From Zygnema circumcarinatum SAG 698-1b (Eukaryota; Plantae; Zygnematophyceae), in the NCBI GenBank assembly GCA_037447605.1, contig CM074812.1, positions 2,852,001-2,916,000 on the forward strand: a DNA stretch of 64,000 nt, written 5' to 3'. Both the position numbers and the translations under genes were made by a program. Of this stretch, positions 45,462-63,066 are shown in pieces. The notes beneath the pieces were generated by a model. That model worked only from the letters and a program-made list of their open reading frames with translations, ran no database searches and was not told the DNA's origin. Position 1 is the first letter of the stretch, and each line of letters starts with the position of its first letter.

Positions 45462-47046
45462 ATGGCCATGGCCGCAGCGAAGAGGAGGGCGAGGGATGAG
45501 TCCATGGCAGAGGGAGGAGCCATGGCGGGCCCCCCTCTCCCTCTCCTCACCGACATCTTCACTCGCTCCACGGACGGGGGCGATGTGCCGGAACTCATCC
45601 GCCTCTCCACCGTCTGCAAGGCTTTCATGGCGGGGGTTAGAGCGGTGGAAAGTCTGAAGATTGACAGGAAAACCCGCCTATTGATCATTCTAGCACAAGA
45701 ATCTCGACCAAGTGCAGATTTGGAGCTTGCAAGGCTTATCAACGTTGCTCCGAAAGTGCAGCGCCTCACTATTGATGGTGACCTTCCTCCTTTGGTGGTG
45801 CAGAGCCTCACTTTAGAGGGTGACCTTCCTCCTTTGGTGGTGCATGCATGGGGAGCACAAGTCGGAGCCATAGTGCGGTCTCTGCACTTCGTATCAGAGA
45901 TTTACTGGAAAAATCTTCGACCTCTTATGATGTTCCCAGCGTTGGAGGAGCTCAAGATCAGAGTTTTCTTAGACAAGGACATGCTGCTGTTTCCTCCCCT
46001 GTTAAAGAGTGTAAAATCCTTGAAATTGACACTCCGACAGAATGACATGAATCTTATGAGCCAATTTCTTGGCATGTTTCCCAACCTTGAAGACGCGGAG
46101 TTAGTTTTCTTCAAGTGCTCTATAACAGACGTACTTGTCCAGCATCAGAATCTTATCAGTTTAAACATAACGACTACAAAATCATTTTCTCCTTCCCTCA
46201 ATCTCAAAGTTACTGTTCCTGCTCTTCAAAATTTCTCCTTCAAGGGTACGCTCACGACTTTGGTCTTTACTGACGACATGCCGAGTCTTAAGATGGTCGA
46301 CATTGAAGCCTTAACAAATATCATGTCCAAGAAGGTGCAAGTGCAGGTGCAAACAATGTTGGGAAACCTCAATGCTCAACACTATGTTTGGCTATGTCCT
46401 TTGCCGCGAGTCATTAGGAGAATTCCTCTTGAAGATCAACAGCGCCAATGTGCAGTCGATAAAGTTGAACTGGCCATTGACGTGGTTATCAATTTCTGAT
46501 AAGTTCAGGAATTTTGAGTTCCCGAATCTTACGCGACTCTACTTTATGGCCCACAATCACAGTGGGCGCCCTGACTTCTTTTGCTTACGTCATTGGCTAA
46601 CAACCTTCCCGGCAGTAAAGGAAATTGTATTAGTTATGACCGACAATATAGAAGAACAACTCCGGAATGATTGGAATTCGCGAGTTGCAAAAAGCATTTT
46701 CGCGGATCGAGACGCTTGTGAGAAACTCAACGTACTACTCCTCATCCTTTCTCTTTCTTATTCTCTTATCTTGTTTCTTTATTCTTCGGTCATACATGAT
46801 TTTTTATGACTTGCTGAGCTCTCTCCCTCTCTGTCGTTCTCTACCTCACTCGCTCTCTCGCGCTCTCACTCACTCTCTCCCTCTCACACTGTTGCTCTCT
46901 CACTCGCTTCCTTTCTCTCCTCCCTCTCCCTCCCTCCTCCCCTCTGTGCCTTCCCTCCCTTCTCTTGCTCGTCTAAGAACATGTCGTTATTTGTCTGCTT
47001 GTGTTAAAAGTCACCTCTGTGTTCCATGCAGTTGAGCCAGCTCTAA
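45462..47046 (+). CDS. F-box / LRR (RNI-like) protein
   Basis: F-box-like LPLLTDIFTRS...LIRLSTVCKAF followed by degenerate LRRs (FPALEELKI, FPNLEDAEL, VPALQNFSF, FPNLTRLYF). Model: 45462-46334, 46435-46731, 47032-47046. The 46335-46434 intron could instead be a frameshift error. A 42-nt in-frame tandem duplication lies at 45765-45848. Confidence 0.7.
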
Positions 47047-48091
47047 TTTAGAATTTCCTCATATGAGGAACTAATGAAGACAAACTGTCCTTTGTCAGTA
47101 GTGGACTCAACCTCCATGTGCATTGAAATAACTCAAATACGTGTGTGCTGAGAGTTAACGATCAACACTACAAGGATTCCATGGTTCACTTTTTTGTTAT
47201 TTGGCTCAATTGTTTAATACTTGCTGTAACAACCCCTCTCTGAATGCTGATTTGCGCTACACTTGCAATTCTACGACTAACATTATCCATGTTCTATCGA
47301 GCAGATAGCAGCTTTGGATCTTTACGGAACCTTCCAACTCTTAAAGCAATACGTTCATCGTGATAGATTGCGGATTAGCAAACTGAGTGCTCCAATCTAT
47401 GGCTAACCGTTCAGTCATGTGCTACGCAGTTACGGCGTTTCAGCCGAGAACAGGTTTTTGAGGCGTTGAACGACGCCTCCACAGGTCCGCATGGAGAAGG
47501 AGAGGCATCTTCACACGTGCGAGAACCTGCCTCGAGGGAGGGAAGGGAGCCACGATTTTGAAGGAACTTTTGAAGGCTTTGGTAGGGCTGCTTTTCTTTT
47601 CATAGAGGGAGAGGCAGGGAGAGAGTGGGAGAGCGACCGAAAGAGGGAGAGTCAGAAAGAGCGAGATGGGAAAAAAGAGGTGGGGTAGAGATGGAGGGAG
47701 AGGGAGAGGGAGAGGGAGAGGGAGAGGGAGAAGGGAAGGAGAGTCTTGAGAATCCCCTGCTTGAACCAAACTTTCTTAAGGCCCTTCCTGAGGAGACCCT
47801 TCCACATCGACCCGTGGACCTTTGCTTATCTCTCACTTAACCTCTAAAGGCGTGGTTTGGGCACGATGCTGCAGATCAACTCGTGGCCGATCCATCATGA
47901 TCCGAAGACGCGGCTGGATCCACGCGAGTTCAACTGTGGGCTTTTTTCTGAGAAAGTGATTCAGCTTTCCTCCCTTTGGCACCGGAGGGCGGATCTGTTT
48001 GCTCGCCCATCTGCTGCACCATTTTGAATGGGAAATTTTGAAGGAAGAGGCGATCGATTCAACGGTGAAGTAGGGCTTACTGTGTGGCCGG

Positions 48092-48735
48092 CAAGGCCTT
48101 TGAAACTAGTGGCTGAACCTAGGAAGCACATAGCCATGTGTGAATAAGGAGAAAGGGAGAAGTAGAGATAGAGGGAGGATCACTTTTGAAGGCTTTCCAA
48201 CACATTACGGTTTTTGGGTTTTCAGTTTCTGGTTCATGCCAGCACATGTAAATGGTTCCTTGTGCCCTCCTGCAATGCATTGCATACGACAAAACTGTTG
48301 CATACGACAAAACTGTTTGTCGGATCACGTTGAGTGTTCATCTTTTGATGTTTCTTAAGCTGTAGTTGGCGAATGCATCTTTGTAATCTTTCTCGAGGGG
48401 AGGAAAGGTGGGAGGGAGGGAGGGCCAAAAGAGATGGGGGAGAGGGAGGGCAAAAGGGACGGTGGAGAGTGGGAGGGAGGACAAGGCCTTTCAAACTAGT
48501 GGCTAAACCTAGGAAGCACGTAGCCATGTGTGAATAGGGAGGAAGGGAGAGGTAGAGATAGAGAGAGGATCACTTATGAAGTCTTTTCAACACATTACGG
48601 TTTTTGGGTTTTCAGTTTCTGGTTCATGCCAGCACATGTAAATTGTTCCTTGGGCCCTCCCCAATGCATTGCATACGACAAAACTGTTCGTCGGATCACG
48701 TTGCGTGTTCTTCTTTTGACGTTTTTAAGCTGTCG
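48092..48735. repeat. Tandem duplication, 390-bp period
   Basis: CAAGGCCTTT.AAACTAGTGGCT.AACCTAGGAAGCAC... starts at 48092 and 48482, with about 260 bp of homology. Confidence 0.88.
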
Positions 48736-49803
48736 GGAGGAAGGGCAGAAGGAATGGCGGAGAGAGGGAGGGAGGGAGGGCTGGTAGGGAGCGGGAAGAG
48801 AGGGCAGGAGGGGTGTGGCAGAGAGGGAGACATTGGAGTGCAAATTGGTAGGAAGAGGGAGGGAGGGCGGGCAGGATGCGACATGGAGAGAGGAAGGTAG
48901 GGAGGGAGTGCAGGAGGGGAGTGAAGGGGGGGAGGGGGTGTGAGGGAGGGAGGGAGGGAGGAAAGGACTGGAGGGGTAGCGGTGGAGGGAGTGAGGGAGG
49001 GAGAGCAGGAAAGGAGGAGAGGAGGGGGAGGGAGGAAGGGCAAAAGGAAAGGGTGAGAGAGGGAGGGAGGGTGGATGGGAGAGGGGGAGAGGGAGAGAGG
49101 GCGAGAGGGAGGGAAAGAGGGAGTGGAGGGGGCGAGAGGGAGGGAGGGCAGGAGGGGTGGGGAAGAGGGAGGGAGGGAGGGCAGGTGGGGAGCGGGAGAG
49201 AGTGCAGGAGGGGAGGGGCAGAAAGGGAGTGAGGGAGGGCAAAAGGGTAGCGGAGGGAGGAAGGGAGGGCAGAAGGGATGGGGGAGAGAGGGAGGGAGGG
49301 CAGGAGAGGAGGGGATGGGAGGGAGGGCAAAAGGGGAGGGTGAGAGAGGGAGGGAGGGTGGATGGGAGAGGGGGAGAGGGAGAGAGGGCGAGAGGGAGGG
49401 AAAGAGGGAGTGGAGGGGGCGAGAGGGAGGGAGGGCAGGAGGGGTGGGGAAGAGGGAGGGAGGGAGGGCAGGTGGGGAGCGGGAGAGAGGGCAGAGAGGG
49501 AGAGATGGAAGGCAAAAAGGGAGGGAGAGAGGGAGGGGGGGAGGGAGGGAGGGAGGGAGGGCAGGAGGGGTGGGGAAGAGGGAGGGAGGGAGGGAGGGAG
49601 GGAGGGAGGGCAGGAGAGGAGGGGATGGGAGGGAGGGCAAAAGGGTAGCGGAGGGAGGAAGGGAGGGCAGAAGGGATGGGGGAGAGAGGGAGGGAGGGCA
49701 GGAGAGGAGGGGATGGGAGGGAGGGCAAAAGGGGAGGGTGAGAGAGGGAGGGAGGGAGGGCAGGTGGGGAGCGGGAGAGAGGGCAGAGAGGGAGGGGGAG
49801 AGA
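48736..49803. repeat. Polypurine (GA/GGA) tract with internal higher-order repeats
   Basis: About 1.07 kb, almost all purine on the + strand, with repeated blocks such as GGGCAGGAGGGGTGGGGAAGAGGGAGG. Confidence 0.9.
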
Positions 49804-50882
49804 GATTTTTTTTATTCATTCCATTTATGTGGAAAAAAAAACTTGACCTAATGCTTTACTTTTGATTTGCAGCACCTTATTCAGTTTGCTAGGGGTTTCG
49901 CGCTAAAATAATGCGCATGGCTCGTGGGGTAAAGCCCTTTGATAAGCTGGGCCAGCAGAAATAGGAGCAAACTATTTATTACTTAGCTTTTTGACTTCCT
50001 TGTATTGTACAGCTCCTGCAACGACTAGGTCTTGAAGCATATGGTCGATACAGTCTTGCAATTTGAAGGGGATCGGCACTTAGCCTATCGGATTGTAAAG
50101 CAAGTAAGAAAATAAATAGTACGGCTGATAGCGCTGGAGAAGAGAAGATGTGGAGGGAAGGGAAGTGGAAGGGGAAGAGTTTAGAGTTTGCAACAGGGTT
50201 CAGGGCGGGGGTTGCCAACCCCAGACACGCGCCAGCATGCCACGTGGCGAACACATAGTGGACACGTGGTACCTTGTTGCATCCACCTCTGCGGAAAGAT
50301 TGCAGCTAGCCGGCACACGTGGTAGTGGAGGTGGTGTTTTTGTTGCCATGTGGCTACTTTCAATTGGTTGAGGCCAGCGTGGCTGCCACGCTACCGCCGC
50401 GTCGTCAAAACTTTCCCTGACGGTCCCCTCCAACCATTGCGTGGCATCTGCAGGGATACGACTTTGGTCACGTGGCAGCCTTCGATTGGCATTTGTTTTC
50501 CACGCGACCTCGATTGGATCGAATGTGCCACGTGGCATCCTCCAATTGGCAGGCCACATGGGCAGTTTGATTGGTTCCTGATTTGCCACGTGACAAGCAC
50601 GTGCACAAACCTTTCTCTGACGGGAACCTGTAGCGCGTTAAGAACGACTCGTAACTGGTACATAGTTCGCTGTCTCCATGGTGTTTTAGAACTGTGACGG
50701 TAACTGACGCTTCTTGTTGGCAATTGTCGCTGTACGGTCCGTTGCTTGGTGATTTGCGGTTGTTGGGACTTGAAGCATCGCCGGGTTGAACAGTAAACGA
50801 CAAGCTACCAATAATGACAATTGTTTGTCGGTTTAGCAAATGACAAGGTCCACCGCCCAGAACCCAAACCGCATAATTGAAG

Positions 50883-51839
50883 GGGTAGTGATATTTCCAC
50901 CCCTTTTTTGGATCCAATCACCCCTTCCCGGCCGGGCAGATTTCAAAAAGGATTAAAAACGGAAAATGCTTTTTTCACACCTTTTTGGAATCGATACCAC
51001 CCTCCACCAGCAGATTTTATTTCTGCGAAACAAGGAAAATGATAACCCGTCGACCCATTTGAATATCCCGCCTACCTGAGTTTTTTTTCACGCGTGCGGT
51101 CAATCGCAGCCGTCGATTCCCTCGCAGATCGCAAACGGCAGATCACTATTTGATCGGCAGCCGGGCTCGGTCACAGCGCATGGCACGTGCCCACGTATCC
51201 CGCCAAAGTCCTCTCAAAAGTTTCTCCGTACAAATGTCGTACGGTCGCAACTTGAGGAACCCAAAATTTCGTACATTGAGATCTTAGACCAATCAAAAGT
51301 TTCCACGTCAAATAGGTAACACATGGCAGATGTTGATTGGCCAGGAGCTAACTGTATAATAAGATCTCCGGAGCCGAAAGGACGCGCGCACTCGCAGGTG
51401 CGATTTGGCTTTGACGGGACTCGTGGGCGCTTTCCGTCGCTAAGATCAGGCGGCTGCCGTCGAAGCAGTGATCTGCAGTGGTCAGCGATCTGCGAGGAAA
51501 TCGGCTGGCGCGGTCGAAAAAGCACACACACGATATGGAGACGGACTTTTTACGAACGATCTCGTGGCGGACGGATCTTCCGCTCCGAGCGGATTCGGGC
51601 AGGCAGATATTTCTTTCCCTCAAAAAAATAATTCAGGGAGGCGGGATACAGTATTCAAAATGCGGTGACGGGGTATCATTTTCCTTGGTTAGCAAAAATA
51701 AAATCATCCGACGGAAGAAGGTGGGTATCGATTCCAAAAAGGTCTGAAAAAAGCATTTTCTGTTTTTAATCCCTTTTAAAATCTGCCCGGCCGGGAAGGG
51801 GTGTTTGGATCCAAAAAAGGGGTGGAAATATCACTACCC
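50883..51839. mobile_element. Non-autonomous TIR DNA transposon (Mutator-like by long TIRs), 957 bp
   Basis: About 200-bp imperfect TIRs GGGTAGTGATATTTCCACCCC... / ...GGGGTGGAAATATCACTACCC. Perfect 8-bp TSD AATTGAAG at 50875-50882 and 51840-51847. Confidence 0.88.
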
Positions 51840-54094
51840 AATTGAAGTGGATGTACGAAAAACCAGTTAAGGGAATCTCGATGGGGAAAGATCCTGTTCA
51901 GGAGATTGTGTTCCACGTGGCGTGTACAAATTGGTGCTTCGGGATTTTCTATTGATGAAAACGAACTCCGATTGGTCGACAATTCTTCCGGGAAATCCTT
52001 GCTGACACATGGCGCCTTTTACTGGTAGTTATAGATCTTCAAAAATCTCATGCCCCAAAGAATGCGTCCACGTGGCGATCTCAGGAACAGTTCCGGCGCT
52101 AAAACCAAAAACATTTTGGTCGGTGCCGTATGGCCATTTTGGGAGGCTGTCCGTAAATTCCGCCGTGGTTCTTGGAGTCTCCGCCACGTGTTCCAACCGT
52201 TGGACCTTCTTCCACCACGTGGCAATATAACGGAGAGGAGAACACGTGGCGCTCTTCGAGCCCCGAAAGTGATTGCAACGGTTCAAGCTTCAAGCTGCCT
52301 CCACCAATCAGAGGGCGTCAGTATGCATAAAATATAAATACTTTGTAAATACCGTAAATATGTCTTAAATATTTGTACGCGTGCTTGTCCATACGCTCAA
52401 CCAACCAGCCGAAACGGTAATTTCTACTAAAGCCTTTTTTAGAAACAGTAATTTTTAAATATACGAAAGAAACAACCTCCTTTCCCAAGTACATGGTTAC
52501 AGTATCGATTCAATATTGACAGCAGACATTCAAGACAAGGCCAAATTTGGTCCAGAATGTCTGCTAAGAGCTACAATCCAGTACCTTGCTAGATGCATTT
52601 TGTCATAAACAAATGCATTTGCATAGTACGGAATCGTGAAAACGTCTGTAAATTTTAGATCTGCCCAAAAATGTTCTGACCTGCCCGACCGACAAATGTA
52701 GATCTGTCACGCCTCCAGTGACTTTATCGAGGCCGGTGGTTCAGTTCAGATCCAGGTCACCTTCTTCACCTCTCTCTCTCCCTCTCTCTCTCCCTCTCAC
52801 GCTCTCTCTCCACCCTTTCCNNNNNNNNNNCGATCTCGTGGCGGACGGATCTTCCGCTCCGAGCGGATTCGGGCAGGCAGATATTTCTTTCCCTCAAAAA
52901 AATAATTCAGGGAGGCGGGATACAGTATTCAAAATGCGGTGACGGGGTATCATTTTCCTTGGTTAGCAAAAATAAAATCATCCGACGGAAGAAGGTGGGT
53001 ATCGATTCCAAAAAGGTCTGAAAAAAGCATTTTCTGTTTTTAATCCCTTTTAAAATCTGCCCGGCCGGGAAGGGGTGTTTGGATCCAAAAAAGGGGTGGA
53101 AATATCACTACCCAATTGAAGTGGATGTACGAAAAACCAGTTAAGGGAATCTCGATGGGGAAAGATCCTGTTCAGGAGATTGTGTTCCACGTGGCGTGTA
53201 CAAATTGGTGCTTCGGGATTTTCTATTGATGAAAACGAACTCCGATTGGTCGACAATTCTTCCGGGAAATCCTTGCTGACACATGGCGCCTTTTACTGGT
53301 AGTTATAGATCTTCAAAAATCTCATGCCCCAAAGAATGCGTCCACGTGGCGATCTCAGGAACAGTTCCGGCGCTAAAACCAAAAACATTTTGGTCGGTGC
53401 CGTATGGCCATTTTGGGAGGCTGTCCGTAAATTCCGCCGTGGTTCTTGGAGTCTCCGCCACGTGTTCCAACCGTTGGACCTTCTTCCACCACGTGGCAAT
53501 ATAACGGAGAGGAGAACACGTGGCGCTCTTCGAGCCCCGAAAGTGATTGCAACGGTTCAAGCTTCAAGCTGCCTCCACCAATCAGAGGGCGTCAGTATGC
53601 ATAAAATATAAATACTTTGTAAATACCGTAAATATGTCTTAAATATTTGTACGCGTGCTTGTCCATACGCTCAACCAACCAGCCGAAACGGTAATTTCTA
53701 CTAAAGCCTTTTTTAGAAACAGTAATTTTTAAATATACGAAAGAAACAACCTCCTTTCCCAAGTACATGGTTACAGTATCGATTCAATATTGACAGCAGA
53801 CATTCAAGACAAGGCCAAATTTGGTCCAGAATGTCTGCTAAGAGCTACAATCCAGTACCTTGCTAGATGCATTTTGTCATAAACAAATGCATTTGCATAG
53901 TACGGAATCGTGAAAACGTCTGTAAATTTTAGATCTGCCCAAAAATGTTCTGACCTGCCCGACCGACAAATGTAGATCTGTCACGCCTCCAGTGACTTTA
54001 TCGAGGCCGGTGGTTCAGTTCAGATCCAGGTCACCTTCTTCACCTCTCTCTCTCCCTCTCTCTCTCCCTCTCACGCTCTCTCTCCACCCTTTCC
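51557..54094. other. 1264-bp apparently identical direct duplication across a 10-N gap (probable assembly artefact)
   Basis: 51557-52820 equals 52831-54094; the second copy starts immediately after the Ns, and the ORF track lists identical ORFs twice. Confidence 0.85.
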
Positions 54095-54474
54095 CGCTCA
54101 TTCCCTCCACTCCCTCTCTCCCTCCCCCTCTCTCCCGCTCCCTTCTCTCTCTCTCCCTCCCCCTCTATCTCTTCCCCTCTCCCCTATCTCTCCCTCTCTC
54201 TCTCTCCACCTTTTCTCTCTCTCTCCGTGCCTCCTCTCTCACTCCCCCTCTATCTCTCCCCCTCTGTCTCTTTCTTATCTCTCTCCCCCTCCCCCTCCCT
54301 ATCTCCTTCCTTTCTCTGTCTCCCTCCTTTCTCTCCCCCTCCTCTCTCTCTCTCTCCCTCCCCCTCTCTCTCTCTGACCTCCTCCAAAACCCTAATCCTT
54401 CAACCCTAACCCTCCAACCCTAATCCTCCACCCCTCGACCTTGAACCCCAATCCCTGTAACTGTCTCCGGCCAT

Positions 54475-59040
<4,566 letters not shown>

Positions 59041-59603
59041 AAAATGACGATAACATGGTGGGGGGGGAGGGGGGGATCTCTTCTGTAAATATTTTGGGAA
59101 ATTTTATGGAAAAAAAATGAAGAACATTGGGTTGTAGGGGGATTAAGGGTTCAGAAAATTAGAGTTTTGGGTCACGAGGTTTCCGCGAACTTGTAGGAGC
59201 AAAATTGCTCTTTATGGAGGGGGGGCAGCTCAGTGATTGTTTAACTTTTCAGATTTTTTCTTTTTTTTTTTTTTACTCTTTTTTTCTTGTAGAGGGAGAT
59301 GTTGTAGGGCTGTAGGCAGAAACAGTTCTCCTGTGGACTGTCTATTGAGAAAGGAGGAAGATGGAAGGGAGGGAGAGGGAGAGATGTACATCGAAATAGG
59401 GGTCTTTAGGTGCCTAGTGAGTGCGAGAGTAAGTGAGTGGGAAAGAAGAGAGGGAGAGGGGGAGAGGGAGAGAGAGGGAGAGGGGGAGAGAGGGAGAGGG
59501 GGATAGAGGGGGAGAGAGGGGGAGAGAGAGAGAGGGGGATAGAGGGGGAGAAAGGGGGCTCCTTTGTTGTACAATTACTGCATAGGAGTGGATGTAGAAT
59601 GAA

Positions 59604-60605
59604 GGCGTATAAATTAGAGAAGGATTCCATATGGAAGCAAGACTTCGCATGTACATAATTTCATGTAACAACAGCACGACAAAAATAAAATGGAAGAGAC
59701 AAAGAGAAAGGCAGCTTTGGATGTTGTGGTTACTTGATGATGGGAAGACGAGTGTCTGGGATGATACTTGAACATTACAATTGAGCCTTGTGTGTATGAG
59801 AAAGAGAGAGGGAAAGAGAGAGAGAGAAAGAGAGAGAGGGGCCGAGGGAAAGTGACAGAGGGAGAGGAGGGTGAGGAGGTGGAGGAGACAGGTTAAGGCA
59901 GAGTTGAAAGGGGCATGGTGAGAGAGAGGCAGAGGGAGAGAGGGGCCAAGGAAAAGGGAGAGACAGAGGGAGGGGGAGTGAGAGAGGGAATAGGAGTTTT
60001 CTCAAATTGAGCCTTGTGTGCGTGAGTAAAAGTGAGAGAGAGAGAGAGAGAGTGCCTTTCTCCTTATCTAACCACATCTTGCAGATGTTTCTCGGTGAAC
60101 ATCTGTGACTTCAGTACATACAAAGACAGCAATGAACACACTCCCATACAGGTCAAGAGCATATTCTTTCTTTCCTTCAAAACAAGACAGTCATGTTCTT
60201 TCCGCGACATTTCCATACATCCACAACGCAGCCGAACTTCATACGCTGGTGGTAGTAGTGTCTCTATGTAATGATCTGCTTCCTCTCCCTCTCCCTCTCC
60301 CTCTCCCTCCTCTCCCTCTCCCTCGCACCAAGAAGACCCCCAAAAACTTTTTATAGCTGACCGAGAGACGGTGGCGGGCTGCAAAATCGCCGGCGGTGCC
60401 CTGAAAAAAGTTCAAAAGGGGTACTCATTTCTTAGCTTAGGGGTTGAAGGACTGTAAATTAGAAGCCGTACTCTGTTCGGATACAGAACGTGCTCTAAAG
60501 TGTACCGGTTTTGATTCTAGTTGTGAAGTTCTTTTGCCAACAATACGTCCCCTAGTAGAAATAATGCTGCAGCAATTTTTTTTCTTCATCGTACTTTCGC
60601 CCTCG

Positions 60606-60652
<47 letters not shown>

Positions 60653-62140
60653 CAGCTCCAGCCACTCTACCACTGCAAAGGCAAGTTTTGCGAGTCCTTC
60701 GCCCCTCTCCCCCCCTCTCCCTCCGCTGCCACCTCTCTTCCTCTCTTGCCTCTCCCTCCTCTTCTCTGTATTGCAGACTTGTTACAAGAGAGGGACATGG
60801 GCAACCTGTTTGCTAAAGAAGATACGACGTCTACGGAAGATGAAGAAGTTGAAGAAAGAAGAAGGGGAGAAAGAAGCATAAGGGAAGACGCTGCAGAAAG
60901 AAAAAGAAGGAATGAATATGAAGAAAGAAGACGAAGGGAAGTCGTTGAAGAAATAAGAAGAAGGAAAAAATATGAAGAAAGAAGGAGGGAAGACGATGAA
61001 GAAGAAAGAAGAAGGAAAGAATATGAAGAAAGAAGAAGGAAAGAAGATGAAGAAGAAGAAGATGAAGAAAGAAGAAGAATGGAAGAATATGAAGAAAGAA
61101 GATGGGAAGAATATGAAGAAGTAGTAGATGACGACAGAAAAGGGGAAGAATATGAAGAAGAAGTAGATGCAGAAAGAAGAAGGGAAGAATATGAAGAAAG
61201 AATGGAAGAATATGAAGAAAGAAGAAGGGAAGAAAGGAGAATGGTAGAAGATGAAGAAGAAGCATATGACGAAAGAAGAAGGGAAGAAAGAAGAAGAACG
61301 AAGAAGAGAAAAAAGAAGGAGAAGGAAAGAATATGAAGAAAGAAGAAGGGACGAAGATGAAAGAGAAGAAGATGAAGAAAGAAGAAGAATGGAAGAATAT
61401 GAAGAAAGAAGATGGGAGGAAAGGAGAAGAAGATGATGATGAAGACAGAAAAAGGGCAGAATATGAAGAAGAAGTAGATGCAGAAAGAAGAAGGGAAGAA
61501 TATGAAGAAAGAATGGAAGAATATGAAGAAAGAAGAAGGGAAGAATATGAAGAAAGAATGGAAGAATATGAAGAAAGAAGAAGGGAAGAAAGAAGAAGAA
61601 CGAAGGAGAGAAAAAAGAAGGAGAAGGAAAGAATATGAAGAAAGAAGAAGGGACGAAGATGAAAAAGAAGAAGATGAAGAAAGAAGAAGAATGGAAGAAT
61701 ATGAAGAAAGAAGATGGGAGGAAAGGAGAAGAAGAAGATGATGAAGAAAGCAGAAGGCGTAGGAATTAGAGAAGGATTCCATATGGAAGCAAGACTTCGC
61801 CTGTACAGAATTTCATGTAACAGCAGCAGGACAAAAATAAAATGGAAAAGACAAAGAGAAAGAAAGCTTTGGATGTTGTGGTTACTTGTTGGGAAGACGA
61901 GTGTCTGGGATGATACTTGCACATTATAATTGAGCCTTGTGTGTGTGAGAAAGAGAGAGGGAAAAAGAGAGAGAAAGAGAGAGCGAGAGAAAGAGAGGGA
62001 GAGAGAGAGTGAGGGGCCAAGGGAGGGAAAGCGACAGAGGGAGAGGAGGGGGAGGAGGTGGAGGGGACAGGTTAAGGCAGAGTTAAAAGGGGCATGGAAA
62101 GAGAGAGGAAGAGGGAGAGAGGGGCCAAGGAAAAGGGAGA
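59604..62140. repeat. Dispersed direct repeat (about 59604-59990 and about 61769-62140)
   Basis: Both copies contain AATTAGAGAAGGATTCCATATGGAAGCAAGACTTCGC...GAGTGTCTGGGATGATACTTG...AATTGAGCCTTGTGTG. Confidence 0.85.
60797..61336 (+). CDS. Candidate Glu/Arg-rich (EEYEERRR repeat) protein with an MGNLFAK N-terminus
   Basis: Pyrimidine tract and TTGCAG acceptor at 60776, then ATGGGC. 179-codon ORF; the repeat continues out of frame to about 61740. It may be only a GAA-type minisatellite. Confidence 0.3.
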   Translation: MGNLFAKEDTTSTEDEEVEERRRGERSIREDAAERKRRNEYEERRRREVVEEIRRRKKYEERRREDDEEERRRKEYEERRRKEDEEEEDEERRRMEEYEERRWEEYEEVVDDDRKGEEYEEEVDAERRREEYEERMEEYEERRREERRMVEDEEEAYDERRREERRRTKKRKKKEKERI

Positions 62141-63066
62141 GATAGAGGGAGTGGGAATTCTTTTCATATGATTAGATATTCTAAATTCCTTACTCGCATT
62201 TACAACATCACATCGTGCTTGCACAATCCTTGAACTTGCATGGAAGCTCTGCTGCCTCATATTATATCAAACCCTAAAACGGGCGTACTTACAATGCTCT
62301 GTCTCTCTGTCTCTCTCTCTCCCTCCCTCACTCTCTCTCTGTCTCTCTCTGTCGGCATCAGCCGCTTCCTGTCACTCTCTCACCTCCTAAGCATCTATCT
62401 GACACACCACGCGCTTATTTCTCTGCAAGCTCCCTCAGAGCCGCAGAGAACAAATAAATACACAATATATATCATAAACAAGCAAATACTTTTAAAATAC
62501 ATTTGAAATTAACTATTAGGTGAGAAATACATTTATATACATAATATAATATATGTATATAAAAAAACGGTCGTTCACCCTTTCCCGCCTTCACCTTCAC
62601 TCCGCTTCATGGACCGGACATGTAAACAGAGGGCCTACACACAGGGGGGGGTAACTTTACAAACTACTTACAAAAATCGACAATCTCCCCCTCTCCTTCT
62701 CCCTCTCCCTCTCCCTCTCCCTCTCCCTCTCCCTCTCCCGCTCCCTCTCCCTCTCCCTCTCCCTCTCCCTCTCCTTCTGCCTCTCCCTCTCCCTCTCTCT
62801 CTCCTTTTGCCTCTCCCTCTCCCTCCGTCTCCCACAATCCCTTTCCCTCTTTCTCAATCCCTCCTCTCCCTCAATTCCTTTCCCTCTCCCCCTCGGCTCC
62901 TCCCTCCGTCTCTTCCACTCCTTCTCCCTCTTCCTCTCTCTCTCTCTCCCTCTCCCTCTCCCTCCATGTCCCCTATTCCTTTTCCCTCACCCCCTCGGCC
63001 CTTCATCCGTCTCTCCCACTCCCTCTCCCACTGCCCCTCCCACATCACATTCCAACCAAAACTCGC

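Noticed and set aside
50200-50917. Overlapping minus-strand ORFs rich in PRG, ATW and HVA
   Set aside because: The peptides simply reflect the CACGTG motif cluster, one ORF starts inside the transposon TIR, and no domain was recognised.
51557-54094. Recent 1.26-kb tandem duplication as a biological event
   Set aside because: The copies appear identical and abut a 10-N placeholder gap, the typical signature of unmerged contig overlap.
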